Virus record (IMG/VR): IMGVR_UViG_3300044846_003573
DNA length: 64,000 bases
Source: a virus
Lineage: Duplodnaviria; Caudoviricetes
Reading direction: 5' to 3' (one strand)
In this document: one piece after another, positions 26,142 through 35,953 of the stretch
How positions within the stretch are numbered: position 1 is the first letter of the stretch
Layout: every line of letters starts with the position of its first letter
The notes under the pieces: generated by a model
The model's database searches: none
Told to the model about the DNA's origin: nothing
Seen by the model: the letters and a program-made list of their open reading frames with translations, nothing else
Made by a program: the position numbers and the translations under genes

Positions 26142-26741
26142 ATGAAAAAACTTTTATTTGTATTATTATTTATTCCTTCACACTTCTTTGGACAGTGTGA
26201 TACTTTACCACTAACGATAACACACGATGGTAATGTGCTTGATATGTGTTCAGAGTTTAAGACACATAACTATTCTGTTGAGAATATAGACAATGTTGTT
26301 TATTACTGGACGGTTGATAGTGTAGGACAGGTTGAGTCCGATAATGATATTTCATTGACTTGGGATGATACCACTGATAATCATTTGATTGAAGTGTATG
26401 GTGTGGATTTAAATGGGTGTAGTACTGACACGGCTTCTTTAACTATTACCACCACTATCTGTCATAAACTATACATGCCCAATTCGTTTTCACCTAACAA
26501 CGATGGGTTGAATGATATATTTTCCTTCAAGGGAACCAATGTATTTAATCCACGATTGGAGATTTATACGCAGTGGGGTGAAATGGTTTGTGTTATTGAA
26601 TCATCATCACAATATTGGACTGGTAATGTTAATAACAGTGGATACTACTGTGAGTCGGGTATATATACTTGGAAGATGTATTATCGTGATGAAAAAGGAA
26701 CACCACATTACCAAAAAGGTTTTGTTAGTTTGGTAAGATAA
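26142..26741 (+). CDS. secreted protein with T9SS type B (gliding-motility-associated, CHU_C-like) C-terminal domain
   Basis: Signal peptide; LYMPNSFSPNNDGLNDIF..IYTQWGEMV..WTG..SGIYTW..KGFVSLVR. Confidence 0.9.
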   Translation: MKKLLFVLLFIPSHFFGQCDTLPLTITHDGNVLDMCSEFKTHNYSVENIDNVVYYWTVDSVGQVESDNDISLTWDDTTDNHLIEVYGVDLNGCSTDTASLTITTTICHKLYMPNSFSPNNDGLNDIFSFKGTNVFNPRLEIYTQWGEMVCVIESSSQYWTGNVNNSGYYCESGIYTWKMYYRDEKGTPHYQKGFVSLVR

Positions 26742-26805
26742 TATTTGATATAACCAAAAATTAAAAGTATATTTGTAAAAGAAATAAAAACAAAAAAATA
26801 ATAAT

Positions 26806-27171
26806 ATGTCTAAGAAGAACAAAAAACAAAACGAAGAGTTAATTGAGAAATTAATTGAAATCCAATCACAATTAAATGAAGTTAAATCTGAAGCGGGTAT
26901 CGTAGTTGAAGAAGCGGATATCGTTTTCACAAGAGAACAATTAAAAGATTTCTTGATTGAATACACCGGTAAAATTAATGAATGTATCTTTGATGAAATG
27001 ATTAATTCATTAGAAGCTAATGATGTGGTAACATTTGAAGTTGATGGTCGTTTAATCATCCCAAGTATTGACGAAGATGTTTTGAGAGACACATTCGTAA
27101 GTGCTACAGGCGAAATTCACTCAGATATTATAATGGATTGTGCTGACGAGGCAATCTCTGAAGTAATCTAA
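26806..27171 (+). CDS. hypothetical protein
   Basis: 121-aa acidic ORF after promoter 26768-26775. Confidence 0.75.
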   Translation: MSKKNKKQNEELIEKLIEIQSQLNEVKSEAGIVVEEADIVFTREQLKDFLIEYTGKINECIFDEMINSLEANDVVTFEVDGRLIIPSIDEDVLRDTFVSATGEIHSDIIMDCADEAISEVI

Positions 27172-27225
27172 TTTAATTTATATATAAAGGTCGGATTGTG
27201 AAATACACCGGCCTTTATTTTACAT

Positions 27226-27299
27226 GAAGAAGTAGCTCAGTCGGTAGAGCAAAGGTTTGAAACATCTTGCGCCACGTGGTTCGATTCCCGTCTTCTTCA
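27226..27299 (+). tRNA. trnF: second tRNA-Phe(GAA), possibly degenerate
   Basis: aaggt-ttGAAac-atctt; bulged T-stem. Confidence 0.65.
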
Positions 27300-27313
27300 C
27301 AAATTTTAAAATT

Positions 27314-27523
27314 ATGGCAGCAAAAGGAAAGAACTGGTTTGATGTATTGAAATGGGTTGAAAAAGTTATTGAGTCGTGTGAGACACCAGGACAAGAAAGA
27401 ACAACAAGAAAACTGGTTAAATTATATTTTGAACGATACAAAAAAGAATTTGGTGAAGTAGATTTACATATCTACAATATGCTGATTGAAAAACTTGATG
27501 GTATTACATTTAAAAAAATATAA
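27314..27523 (+). CDS. hypothetical protein
   Basis: True start is likely MAAKGKNWFDVLKW; the longer ORF overlaps the tRNA. Confidence 0.7.
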   Translation: MAAKGKNWFDVLKWVEKVIESCETPGQERTTRKLVKLYFERYKKEFGEVDLHIYNMLIEKLDGITFKKI

Positions 27524-27524
27524 T

Positions 27525-27686
27525 ATGTCTTGTTGTAAGGAATGTCCTTGGAAGGTTGAGAATAATCACAACAGTAAGTTAAAAAACTTTGTTCAACGAA
27601 CAGGTAGAAAACATACCTGTCATATGGTTAATCCCAAACTATGGGACACATCGGACGATAAACAAATTTGTAAAGGAATAAAATAA
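27525..27686 (+). CDS. small Cys/His-rich (zinc-binding) protein
   Basis: CKECPW...HTCH...ICKG. Confidence 0.65.
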   Translation: MSCCKECPWKVENNHNSKLKNFVQRTGRKHTCHMVNPKLWDTSDDKQICKGIK

Positions 27687-27692
27687 TATAGT

Positions 27693-28415
27693 ATGGATTA
27701 CGGAAAAGAATTTAGAAAATTCGCAAAGAGTGAAGGTGTGTCATCATTATCATTAGATAGATACGAAAATGCGTTAACACCTTACGTGTTGGAAGAGAGA
27801 GAGTTAAGAGCAACACAAATAGATATCTTCTCAAGGTTACTCAGAGAAAGAATCTTATGGGTATCAGGACCTGTTGACCAGCATATGTCCGATATTGTTC
27901 AGGCTCAGATGTTATTCTTGGATTCGGTTGAACAGAAAGATATTACCTTATATATTAACTCACCAGGTGGTTCAGTATTGTGTGGTCTTGGTATTGTGGA
28001 TTTGATGAACTACATTAAGTCAGATGTTGTTACCACAAACATTGGTATGTGTGCATCTATGGGTTCGGTATTACTTTCATCAGGTACCAAAGGTAAACGT
28101 TCATCACTGGTGTATTCAAAGGTAATGACACACCAAGTAAGTCATGGAACAAGTGGTAACATTCAAGATACTCGTATCAACCAGATGGAAGCTGAGAAGT
28201 ATAACTATATCTTATTTAAGATGTTGGCTGAGAATTGTGGTAAAACTATTGATGAGGTATTGGAGTTTTCTGCACGTGACAGATGGTATAATTCAGACGA
28301 AGCAAAAGAGTTTGGTTTGATTGACGAGGTTATCAAAAATGATGGAACCAAAACAATCACTGAAATGCTTGACGGGTTTGATGACTACTACAAGAAAAGT
28401 GTGTTATCAATTTGA
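27693..28415 (+). CDS. clpP: ATP-dependent Clp protease proteolytic subunit
   Basis: DIFSRLLRERI, YINSPGGSV, CASMG (catalytic Ser), MTHQ (His), RDRWY..EAKEFGLIDEV. Confidence 0.95.
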   Translation: MDYGKEFRKFAKSEGVSSLSLDRYENALTPYVLEERELRATQIDIFSRLLRERILWVSGPVDQHMSDIVQAQMLFLDSVEQKDITLYINSPGGSVLCGLGIVDLMNYIKSDVVTTNIGMCASMGSVLLSSGTKGKRSSLVYSKVMTHQVSHGTSGNIQDTRINQMEAEKYNYILFKMLAENCGKTIDEVLEFSARDRWYNSDEAKEFGLIDEVIKNDGTKTITEMLDGFDDYYKKSVLSI

Positions 28416-28460
28416 TGAAAAAAGTTTGTGTAACTAAAAAGAATGTTGTAGATTTGTTGT

Positions 28461-28691
28461 ATGAAAAACGCAATAACTGAACTCTACACAAACTTAACTG
28501 ATGAACAGTTAAGAGAAGCCATCTTACAAATGAAAGAAGATGAGCCATTGGGAATTATCCGAACAGATGGATGGGTTAGAAAACTAGCTAGACAAGTATG
28601 TGAAATCTTAGGAGGTACAGATATGTCAACTCATTTGTTCTTATCTCAAACTAATTTATTCAAAGAAGCGGCATACCGATTTGTAAAATAA
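28461..28691 (+). CDS. hypothetical protein
   Basis: 76-aa ORF after promoter 28449. Confidence 0.7.
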   Translation: MKNAITELYTNLTDEQLREAILQMKEDEPLGIIRTDGWVRKLARQVCEILGGTDMSTHLFLSQTNLFKEAAYRFVK

Positions 28692-28697
28692 AAATTA

Positions 28698-28802
28698 GCT
28701 CAGGTGGCGGAAGAGAGACTAATGCATTAGTCCGATGGATAGACGCTAGGGTAACCTACCCGAGTCAGAAATGACGTGAAGGTTCAAGTCCTTCTCTGAG
28801 TA
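28698..28802 (+). ncRNA. tRNA-Leu-like RNA with D-loop insertion and a GNRA loop in place of the anticodon
   Basis: GCTCAGG/TCTGAGT+A; tagg-GTAA-ccta at the anticodon position; gtca-GAAA-tgac variable arm; gaaggTTCAAGTccttc T-arm. Confidence 0.7.
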
Positions 28803-28817
28803 CAAAAAATAAAAGAT

Positions 28818-29039
28818 ATGAAAAGAATAATTGTAATATTAGGTATCGGTATGTTTTTAACTGGTTGTTCAGATAAAACCACCATGTCCCAAGACACGGA
28901 GATGCTACAAACAAAGTACCCTAATTGTGTTGTGTATCAGATAAATAGCGAAAGATATATAGTTATTGATTCGTTACACGCTTTAGATGTTCGTGTTAGT
29001 TTATCGGGAGAGATTACATCCACTGTTAAAATAAAATAG
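28818..29039 (+). CDS. small lipoprotein
   Basis: Lipobox FLTGC. Confidence 0.7.
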   Translation: MKRIIVILGIGMFLTGCSDKTTMSQDTEMLQTKYPNCVVYQINSERYIVIDSLHALDVRVSLSGEITSTVKIK

Positions 29040-29113
29040 TTAGGTATTGCGTAATGTGAAAGCATACTACAAAAAAATTTGTGGGGTAAACTATTTCGTC
29101 GTATATTTGTGAT

Positions 29114-29596
29114 ATGAATAACGAAATAAAGTACATACCTACAAAAGATGCGATTATTGGATACAGTGATTCTAAAATCGCTCAAAGTGAAAGTAATGAT
29201 TGTGTTGTTAGAGGTATCGCATCTTCATTTGAAATGCATTACGACGAGGCTCATAAGTTTGTTGCAAAAACTTGGTTTCGTGGGAATCGTCAGGGAACAA
29301 GAAACTTTGTTGGAGGTATGCGTAGTATGGTTAGAAGAGGAGTTTTGATTAATGGTAAATCATTCTCCAATTTGGGTGACCAAAACGGACATATGAAATA
29401 TGATGTTAAAGTTAAAGGTCAGATTGTTAAACGTAATATGACCACAGGAACGTTCATTAAGAAATTCCCAAAAGGTAGATATCTTGTTGTTGTTCGTGGA
29501 CACGCTTTCTCAATCATTGATGGAGTAGTTGTTGGAAACACAGAAGATTCTAAGATGAAAAAACGAGTTATTTTGTATTCTTGGGAAGTTAAATAA
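29114..29596 (+). CDS. hypothetical protein
   Basis: NDCVVRGIA...YLVVVRGHAFSIIDG, a Cys..His pattern seen in phage proteins. Confidence 0.75.
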   Translation: MNNEIKYIPTKDAIIGYSDSKIAQSESNDCVVRGIASSFEMHYDEAHKFVAKTWFRGNRQGTRNFVGGMRSMVRRGVLINGKSFSNLGDQNGHMKYDVKVKGQIVKRNMTTGTFIKKFPKGRYLVVVRGHAFSIIDGVVVGNTEDSKMKKRVILYSWEVK

Positions 29597-29680
29597 GATT
29601 TTTCTTGACACGAGAGTATTTATTACTTACATTTGTCAAACAATTCAGGAACGACTGAATGTTAAATTGAAATATTATAA

Positions 29681-29755
29681 AGCAGGATGGAGAAGATGGT
29701 CTATCTCGTGACTCTCATAAGGTCAAGGTCGCAAGTTCGAATCTTGCTCCTGCTT
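29681..29755 (+). tRNA. trnM: tRNA-Met(CAT)
   Basis: tgact-ctCATaa-ggtca; T-loop TTCGAAT. Confidence 0.88.
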
Positions 29756-29874
29756 CTAAAGGATAGAAGTAAGTTACACCTGTTGCAGGCAACGTAAAGT
29801 AAGAATCACAACTTAACTGGTCGTTACTTCTTATAATGGTATAATGTGGACACTATAAGCTATCTTTTTTATTT

Positions 29875-29946
29875 GGCCCGTTCGTATAGAAGTAAGTACA
29901 CTGCCCTTTCACGGCAGAGACGGCGGAGCGTTACCGCCACGGGCTA
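29875..29946 (+). tRNA. trnE: tRNA-Glu(TTC) with non-canonical T-loop
   Basis: ctgcc-ctTTCac-ggcag; T-arm ggcgg-AGCGTTA-ccgcc. Confidence 0.85.
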
Positions 29947-30843
29947 CAAATCTTTTTCATAAGATTTAATCCACTTTCGGATTGAGTTGTCAGAAACACC
30001 AAACATTTTTCCGGTCTTACTATATCCATTTGTTTTAATTAAATTAATTAATTCTTGATATGGGGGACGAGTAACTCTTCTTTGTTTAATAGACCTTTCA
30101 ATTTCACCTTTTGTTAAACCACAAGATTCTCTTTCTTTCATCTGTCTTTTCTTTGGAAACTTCACTACCCCAAGTTTCATAGATTGTATTTTTGGTCTAT
30201 CATTAATTATTGAGATTATTGTGTTAAATACTGAGTTAATATTTGTTTTAACTTCGTTTTCACTAACACGTAAGATAAACCAACCATCTTTTTTTAATAA
30301 CTCATCTTTTTTATCGTCTCTTTCTTTTCTTTCAGGCAATAAATGTTGGGACCCATCAATTTCAACTGCGACCTTTTCATTAACAAATGCAAAATCTATA
30401 AAGAAAGGAAATACGGAATACTCCCTAACTATTGAATATTTTTTATCTAAACATAAATCATATACCTTTTCCAAAAATAGTTTTTCAGGGTAAGATAGAT
30501 TCTTAGTCCTCCAAGCAGTTTGTTCAGGGTTTTCTTTCATAAACTTAATTCTCTTTTCTCTGATTTTTTGTTTTGTTTCATCAGAGTGTATAAATGATTC
30601 TGGAAATAATTTACGTGCAATCTTATTTGACTCACTTGCGGTCCTCAAATTATCTCCTAATATGTCTGTAATCGTTTGTGACCCTAAATTATATTTGTCT
30701 TTAATTCTTTTAATTGACCACAATTCATCAACATATAATTTTTTAATCTCTTCTTTTACATTATAAACATACTCACAAGTAGTTTGATGAACCACTAGTG
30801 CCCCATTACCTTTAATTTCTTTACCACAAGTTTTACATTCCAT
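29944..30843 (-). CDS. DUF559/Vsr-like putative homing endonuclease
   Basis: SYPEKLF...FFIDFAFVNEKVAVEIDGSQH..DDKKDELLKKDGW; C-terminal HTH; inserted between tRNA-Glu and tRNA-Tyr. Confidence 0.85.
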   Translation of the reverse strand: MECKTCGKEIKGNGALVVHQTTCEYVYNVKEEIKKLYVDELWSIKRIKDKYNLGSQTITDILGDNLRTASESNKIARKLFPESFIHSDETKQKIREKRIKFMKENPEQTAWRTKNLSYPEKLFLEKVYDLCLDKKYSIVREYSVFPFFIDFAFVNEKVAVEIDGSQHLLPERKERDDKKDELLKKDGWFILRVSENEVKTNINSVFNTIISIINDRPKIQSMKLGVVKFPKKRQMKERESCGLTKGEIERSIKQRRVTRPPYQELINLIKTNGYSKTGKMFGVSDNSIRKWIKSYEKDL

Positions 30844-30950
30844 AATGCTCTTTTATTATAAATATACGAACTCTTATCAAAAGTTAGTTGTCCTAATCAT
30901 TTTTTTCTTGTTTTTTTAAATATTTATAGTATCTTTGTAAAAGAATTAAG

Positions 30951-31033
30951 GGGAGTATCGCATAGAGGCAATTGCAAAACACTGTAAATGTTTCACCATT
31001 TTGGTTTCGTAGGTTCGAGTCCTTCTACTCCCA
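30951..31033 (+). tRNA. trnY: tRNA-Tyr(GTA)
   Basis: aaaca-ctGTAaa-tgttt; long variable arm. Confidence 0.92.
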
Positions 31034-31094
31034 CAAACCAACTTTAAAAAGGGCGCTTCCTGAAATATTGGCTCGCTGGGCCCGAGTTTGTTAA

Positions 31095-31122
31095 ACCCCA
31101 TCTCCAAAAGAGTGGGGTTTTT
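31095..31122 (+). terminator. intrinsic terminator
   Basis: aaaccccatctccaaaagagtggggttttt. Confidence 0.75.
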
Positions 31123-31397
31123 ATATTAATATAATATTTATAAAGTATGAAGAAATATATTTGCAAATTAGTTCAAAAGATTACCTTTGGTAAGGTATGT
31201 CTTGGTTGGTGTGAATTATAACCGACAATCTTAAACCCCACCTTGAGTGGGGTTTTTTATTTACAAAAAAACAAATTACCTTATAGTTATTAATGAAACC
31301 TTGTTGATGAGGTCCACCTGTCCGATGAGACAGTTGAGTTGGAGAAATACCAACAAAGTGGGGTTCAATAAACATAAAAAATAAAATAAGGAAAAAA

Positions 31398-32423
31398 ATG
31401 TATTACACAAAACTCAAGAAGTTTCCGTCCGCTTATATTACGACAGGGAAACAAAGATTAAAACAAAACGGCTCAAACGTTTATCTTAACAACGGGGAAG
31501 AATTTGAGGTAGAAATCTTCAACCCAAAATCAATTTCAGTTTTAGCAAAAATAAAAATCAATGGGAATTACCTATCAGGTGGTGGTATTATTATCAAACC
31601 TGGTCAAAGAGTATTCTTGGAAAGATATTTGAACGAAGCTAAGAAGTTCAAATTTGATGTATATGAGGTTAACTCATCATCAACGGAAGTCCAAGAAGCC
31701 ATCCAAAACAATGGTGAGGTTGTCGTTGAATTCTATGATGAGAGTGTTTATTTGACTAACCCAATTATGACGTTGGCGGGTAGCGCTAATAGTACTTGGA
31801 CTAATGATAAATGGCATGGTGATATAAACACTATAACCACAGGTACGTATAGTATAAATTGGGGTCAAAACGCTAAGTATTATAACACAAATGTTAGTTT
31901 AACATCTAACAGTAATACTTTCGCAGGTGACTCAAACGCTTTTTATACCAACGATTCGTATAATACGAACAGTTCACAAAACTTAAAAAAATCATTACAA
32001 ACCGACAGGTTCAAAGAGACTGGTAGAATTGAGAAAAGTTCAGACTCAAAACAAGAGTTTGAATCAGTTGTTATGAATTTTAATTCATTCCCATCACACT
32101 ATTCAACATGGAGAATATTACCTTTGTCTGAAAAACCATTGACTGCAACAGAAGTGAATATTACACATTGTTCAAATTGTGGAACCAAGATAAAGAAATC
32201 ATCTTGGAAATTCTGTCCTCAATGTGGTAAACAAATGGTTAGAACCAAAACTGAAATTCATTATACTATGGACACTAAAGTAAGTATTGATGGTAAACAT
32301 TATGTTATGTTAACATATAATGACACTTTAGATAATTTCTTAAAGAGAAATGAAAATAAACTAATTTACATAAAATCAGATTCATTGACATCCTACTCGT
32401 TGAGAGCTATTATCATTGACTAA
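31398..32423 (+). CDS. hypothetical protein with C-terminal zinc ribbon
   Basis: HCSNCG..WKFCPQCG; N/S/T-rich middle region. Confidence 0.8.
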   Translation: MYYTKLKKFPSAYITTGKQRLKQNGSNVYLNNGEEFEVEIFNPKSISVLAKIKINGNYLSGGGIIIKPGQRVFLERYLNEAKKFKFDVYEVNSSSTEVQEAIQNNGEVVVEFYDESVYLTNPIMTLAGSANSTWTNDKWHGDINTITTGTYSINWGQNAKYYNTNVSLTSNSNTFAGDSNAFYTNDSYNTNSSQNLKKSLQTDRFKETGRIEKSSDSKQEFESVVMNFNSFPSHYSTWRILPLSEKPLTATEVNITHCSNCGTKIKKSSWKFCPQCGKQMVRTKTEIHYTMDTKVSIDGKHYVMLTYNDTLDNFLKRNENKLIYIKSDSLTSYSLRAIIID

Positions 32424-32474
32424 AAAAATATCAACAAGGTTTCTTAAAGCCCCTCCGATGTGAGGGGTTTTTTA

Positions 32475-33218
32475 TTATTCTTGATTTGATAAAAGTTGTA
32501 AATGTTCAAATGCGTCAAAGACATCATCAGTTAATTTTGTGTAATCAATATCAAATGTTTTTGGCATCTTTGTGTAAACTGACTCAATATTGTACGGTTC
32601 AAAACCAATCTTGTACCATTTTCTTTTTTGTCTCATCCATAGGTAGGACAGTACATAAGCGTTTGACTTTTGAGTGTATACCTCAGAATTTGCAACAAAT
32701 TCTAAATCATATTTTTTAATCTTTTCGACGGTTCTTTTCTCACAATCCACCTCAACGGCAATACCTGATTTAATTTCTTCATCAATCTTATTAATGTCAA
32801 TATCATCTGAGCCCTCAATCCATTTAAAAGTTTCCTCTAAACCTAATAAAGAATTGAACAATGGGTCATTTTCAATGAATTGGTCCATATGTGATGCTTC
32901 GTGAAGTAAAATAAGTAACCATTTATTAAGTTCTTTTCCTGTTGCGCAAGCAAGAACTCGTCTATCTGGGTCAAAATATCCGTTTGTTTGAATATTTTCA
33001 CCTGGATATTGAACTCCGAGTGTGTTTGGGGTGAATAATGTTATATTATGTTCCAAACATTTTTCTTCTAAGTCGGATATAAACTTATCAATCTTTGATT
33101 TTTGTTCATCGGTTAAATTGGGTTCGTTTACATATATTGATTCATTAATCATATTTTCAGTATTAACCCCCATAATCTCTTTGATTCTACGAGTTTCAGT
33201 AATAATTTCTTTTTTCAT
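32475..33218 (-). CDS. HExxH-motif protein with N-terminal IITE motif
   Basis: True start is likely MKKEIITETRRIKEIMG; LLHEASHMDQ..EVDCE. Confidence 0.7.
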   Translation of the reverse strand: MKKEIITETRRIKEIMGVNTENMINESIYVNEPNLTDEQKSKIDKFISDLEEKCLEHNITLFTPNTLGVQYPGENIQTNGYFDPDRRVLACATGKELNKWLLILLHEASHMDQFIENDPLFNSLLGLEETFKWIEGSDDIDINKIDEEIKSGIAVEVDCEKRTVEKIKKYDLEFVANSEVYTQKSNAYVLSYLWMRQKRKWYKIGFEPYNIESVYTKMPKTFDIDYTKLTDDVFDAFEHLQLLSNQE

Positions 33219-33310
33219 TCTGTCAATAAATATTTTATTTGGGCTAATATACAAAAAATTACATGTTCTAATACTTTAAAAAAAGAAAAACAATGTGATA
33301 TTTATTTGGT

Positions 33311-34210
33311 ATGAGGGATTTAATCAAAAAAATCATAAGAGAAGAAACAGAAGTTAAAGAGATGGGTCTCAGTATGGGTAAGCTACGAGCTTCCCAGCCA
33401 AAGAACTATCTTGTCAAATCTCTTATAGATAAAGAAAAGAGTGAAGAATCAAGAAGTGAGTTAAAGAAGATGGTTAAAAAATGTAATAACCTTTACTCCG
33501 AAATTGATAGTGAACTCCGAAATCTTAAATGGGAAGACATCAATTTTTATGAACCAAATAAGTTTTTTTATGTTATGTTACCAAAAAACATAACTAATAA
33601 AATGAAAGAGATGACTGAGTTGTATGAAGAATTAAATAAGAATGGTTATACAAACGGATTAAATCCTCTTAGTAAGATTGCTCAAATGGCTGCTGATTAC
33701 AGGGAGTTTATAGAAACAATATGGATTTACATGTACACTGACCAGCCAAGAAATAGAACTCACTTCCCGGTAGGACTACCTAAATCATTACTTGGGTATA
33801 ATCTCGGTGTTAAAATTTACAGGTCACTTCTTCATAAACTTGGATTTATACAATCAGCTGAAAATGCAACTAATGCGGTTCAGGAAGTTTTTAGACGATT
33901 ATTAGAAATGCCGGATGTTAACGCTGTGGTGTATAATGATACTGTTTTATTGATTGAAGATGGATTACCAAAAAGTAAAGTAATTGAAATTGTAACTGAT
34001 AGTATCTATGAAAGATACTTAACCAAGAAAAACACAAGAAAACTTGTTTTAAACAGAAGTATTATTGTTAGTAGTAAGTTATTAAAACTTATTGGGGAGA
34101 CAAGGTTACTCAATATGATGTATGAGTTATTTTATAGTGCTAAAAAAGAAAATAGAGAACCATTTGAAAAAATTGGTTATAAGAGCCCCAAGAGTGACGA
34201 ACCTGAGTAA
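33311..34210 (+). CDS. hypothetical protein with N-terminal IKKIIREE motif
   Basis: 299-aa ORF, TATTTAT at 33299-33305. Confidence 0.75.
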   Translation: MRDLIKKIIREETEVKEMGLSMGKLRASQPKNYLVKSLIDKEKSEESRSELKKMVKKCNNLYSEIDSELRNLKWEDINFYEPNKFFYVMLPKNITNKMKEMTELYEELNKNGYTNGLNPLSKIAQMAADYREFIETIWIYMYTDQPRNRTHFPVGLPKSLLGYNLGVKIYRSLLHKLGFIQSAENATNAVQEVFRRLLEMPDVNAVVYNDTVLLIEDGLPKSKVIEIVTDSIYERYLTKKNTRKLVLNRSIIVSSKLLKLIGETRLLNMMYELFYSAKKENREPFEKIGYKSPKSDEPE

Positions 34211-34219
34211 GTATTATAA

Positions 34220-34549
34220 ATGAAATATATAATCACAGAATCACAATTAGACAGAGTCATCTTTAAATATTTGGATAACCAGGACTTCATTCAAATTGAA
34301 AAAGACGGTTATATATATTTTTTAAATTCAGAAAATGATACGTATTCTGAAATTGTATTTGATATCACTAAACATTATTGTTTTATTTCACCTGATTTGA
34401 TTAGGGAGATATGTGATTTTTTCACTATTGATAAAACTGTATCAAAAGATAATATAGGTATTTGGGTTGAAAACACACTTGGTGTCGATATATCTGAAAT
34501 TAATCCTAATATTTTGATGAAAAAGTATCCTTTTAAATTTTCTGATTAA
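34220..34549 (+). CDS. hypothetical protein with N-terminal IITESQ motif
   Basis: 109-aa ORF. Confidence 0.75.
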   Translation: MKYIITESQLDRVIFKYLDNQDFIQIEKDGYIYFLNSENDTYSEIVFDITKHYCFISPDLIREICDFFTIDKTVSKDNIGIWVENTLGVDISEINPNILMKKYPFKFSD

Positions 34550-34564
34550 ATCTATTTATAAGGT

Positions 34565-34936
34565 ATGAAAAAAATTATTAACTTAACTGAGAGTGATTTG
34601 GTTAGAATTATAAAAAGAGTTATTACCGAACAAACAAAGGATGGTCCTGTAGCAATTCCTAAAAATGCTGAAATTAATATTGATAATAATATTATTCAGG
34701 ACGCTAAAAAGATGGGTATTAATTTACTAAATAAAGAAACACCTAAAACTTTTTTAGAAAAGTTAAACAAAAGTAAGGTTGGTATAAATGCGTTCCATGT
34801 TAAACAAGATTATGAGTTCCCAATTTATCCAGTGTATGCTAACATAGGTGATTTTAGATTTAGTTTTGAACCATTTGACAAAGTTAATGGTCAGTATAGG
34901 TTAAAATGGACTAAAACAATTCCTTATAAAAAATAA
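34565..34936 (+). CDS. hypothetical protein with N-terminal LTESDLVRIIKRVITE motif
   Basis: 123-aa ORF, TATTTAT at 34553-34559. Confidence 0.75.
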   Translation: MKKIINLTESDLVRIIKRVITEQTKDGPVAIPKNAEINIDNNIIQDAKKMGINLLNKETPKTFLEKLNKSKVGINAFHVKQDYEFPIYPVYANIGDFRFSFEPFDKVNGQYRLKWTKTIPYKK

Positions 34937-34971
34937 TTGACAATCCAAAGTTAATATTCTATAATTGGAAT

Positions 34972-35325
34972 ATGAAAAAATATCTTACACTTAAAAATTT
35001 GGGATGGTTGTTAACTGCAATCGTTACCTTTATGCTTGGAATGAGCGGACTAACAAAAATTGTTAGTGCTGAACAACAAGTCACTAATTTCACCGCAATG
35101 AACTTACTACCTTACATGGCACTTGTTGGTGTGATGGAAGTTGCCGGTGTTGTAGCTCTTTGTATTCCAAGAACATCAATTTACGGAGCAGTTATCTTGT
35201 CTTCAGTAATGTCAGGAGCAGTTGCTCTTCACTTAGCCCTTATGGGTGGTTCAGGTTTCTTGGTTCCAGTGGTTCTTGGTTGTTTAGCTTGGACCGCACA
35301 TTGTTTGAGAACTTATACCAAGTAA
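34972..35325 (+). CDS. DoxX-like membrane protein
   Basis: Four hydrophobic helices; GLTKIV..GVMEVAGVVALCIPRT..GAVALH. Confidence 0.8.
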   Translation: MKKYLTLKNLGWLLTAIVTFMLGMSGLTKIVSAEQQVTNFTAMNLLPYMALVGVMEVAGVVALCIPRTSIYGAVILSSVMSGAVALHLALMGGSGFLVPVVLGCLAWTAHCLRTYTK

Positions 35326-35398
35326 TCTTAAAACAAAAATTATTAAACCCTGTCGTAAATGATGGGGTTTTTTGTTTATATTTGTATTTATAAATTAT

Positions 35399-35953
35399 AT
35401 GACAAAGAAAGAACAAATATTGAGTAGTTTTTTAAAAACTAAAATGAACATCCCAAAGGATGTTAAATATGAGTTTGTTGATTTTGATAATAGACGAGCA
35501 TTGAAGGTTTATACTGATGTTGCCAAGACTGATAAAAACAGTGGACAATATGATGAAGAATACACCAAGTTTTTTAGACCCTCAACAAAAAAATTAACTG
35601 GAATCCCAAGGTTTACATATGATTGGTCAAGAAAGTTTGAAGGTGTATTTAATGAGTTTTTTAATTCAACAGGTTTACCAAAAGAATATTATAAAGTTTA
35701 TGATGAGTTCATTAATTATGATTACCTATCAGATATCAATGATAAAATTGAAGAGGCAATTAAGAGAACAAACTATCCTAATACAGAATTTAGTTGGGAT
35801 AGAGACAGCAATCCTGAACTAAAAATCTTATTTACTAATTTAACAAAGGAACAATTTGCCGATTATACAAATTTTAAAAATGAGTTACAAGATGAACTTA
35901 GAGGTTCCGTTGATTTAGATGAGTATAATCTTTCCTTTAGACAACCAAGATAA
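35399..35953 (+). CDS. hypothetical protein
   Basis: Start is likely MTKKEQILSS; TATTTAT at 35385-35391. Confidence 0.7.
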   Translation: MTKKEQILSSFLKTKMNIPKDVKYEFVDFDNRRALKVYTDVAKTDKNSGQYDEEYTKFFRPSTKKLTGIPRFTYDWSRKFEGVFNEFFNSTGLPKEYYKVYDEFINYDYLSDINDKIEEAIKRTNYPNTEFSWDRDSNPELKILFTNLTKEQFADYTNFKNELQDELRGSVDLDEYNLSFRQPR

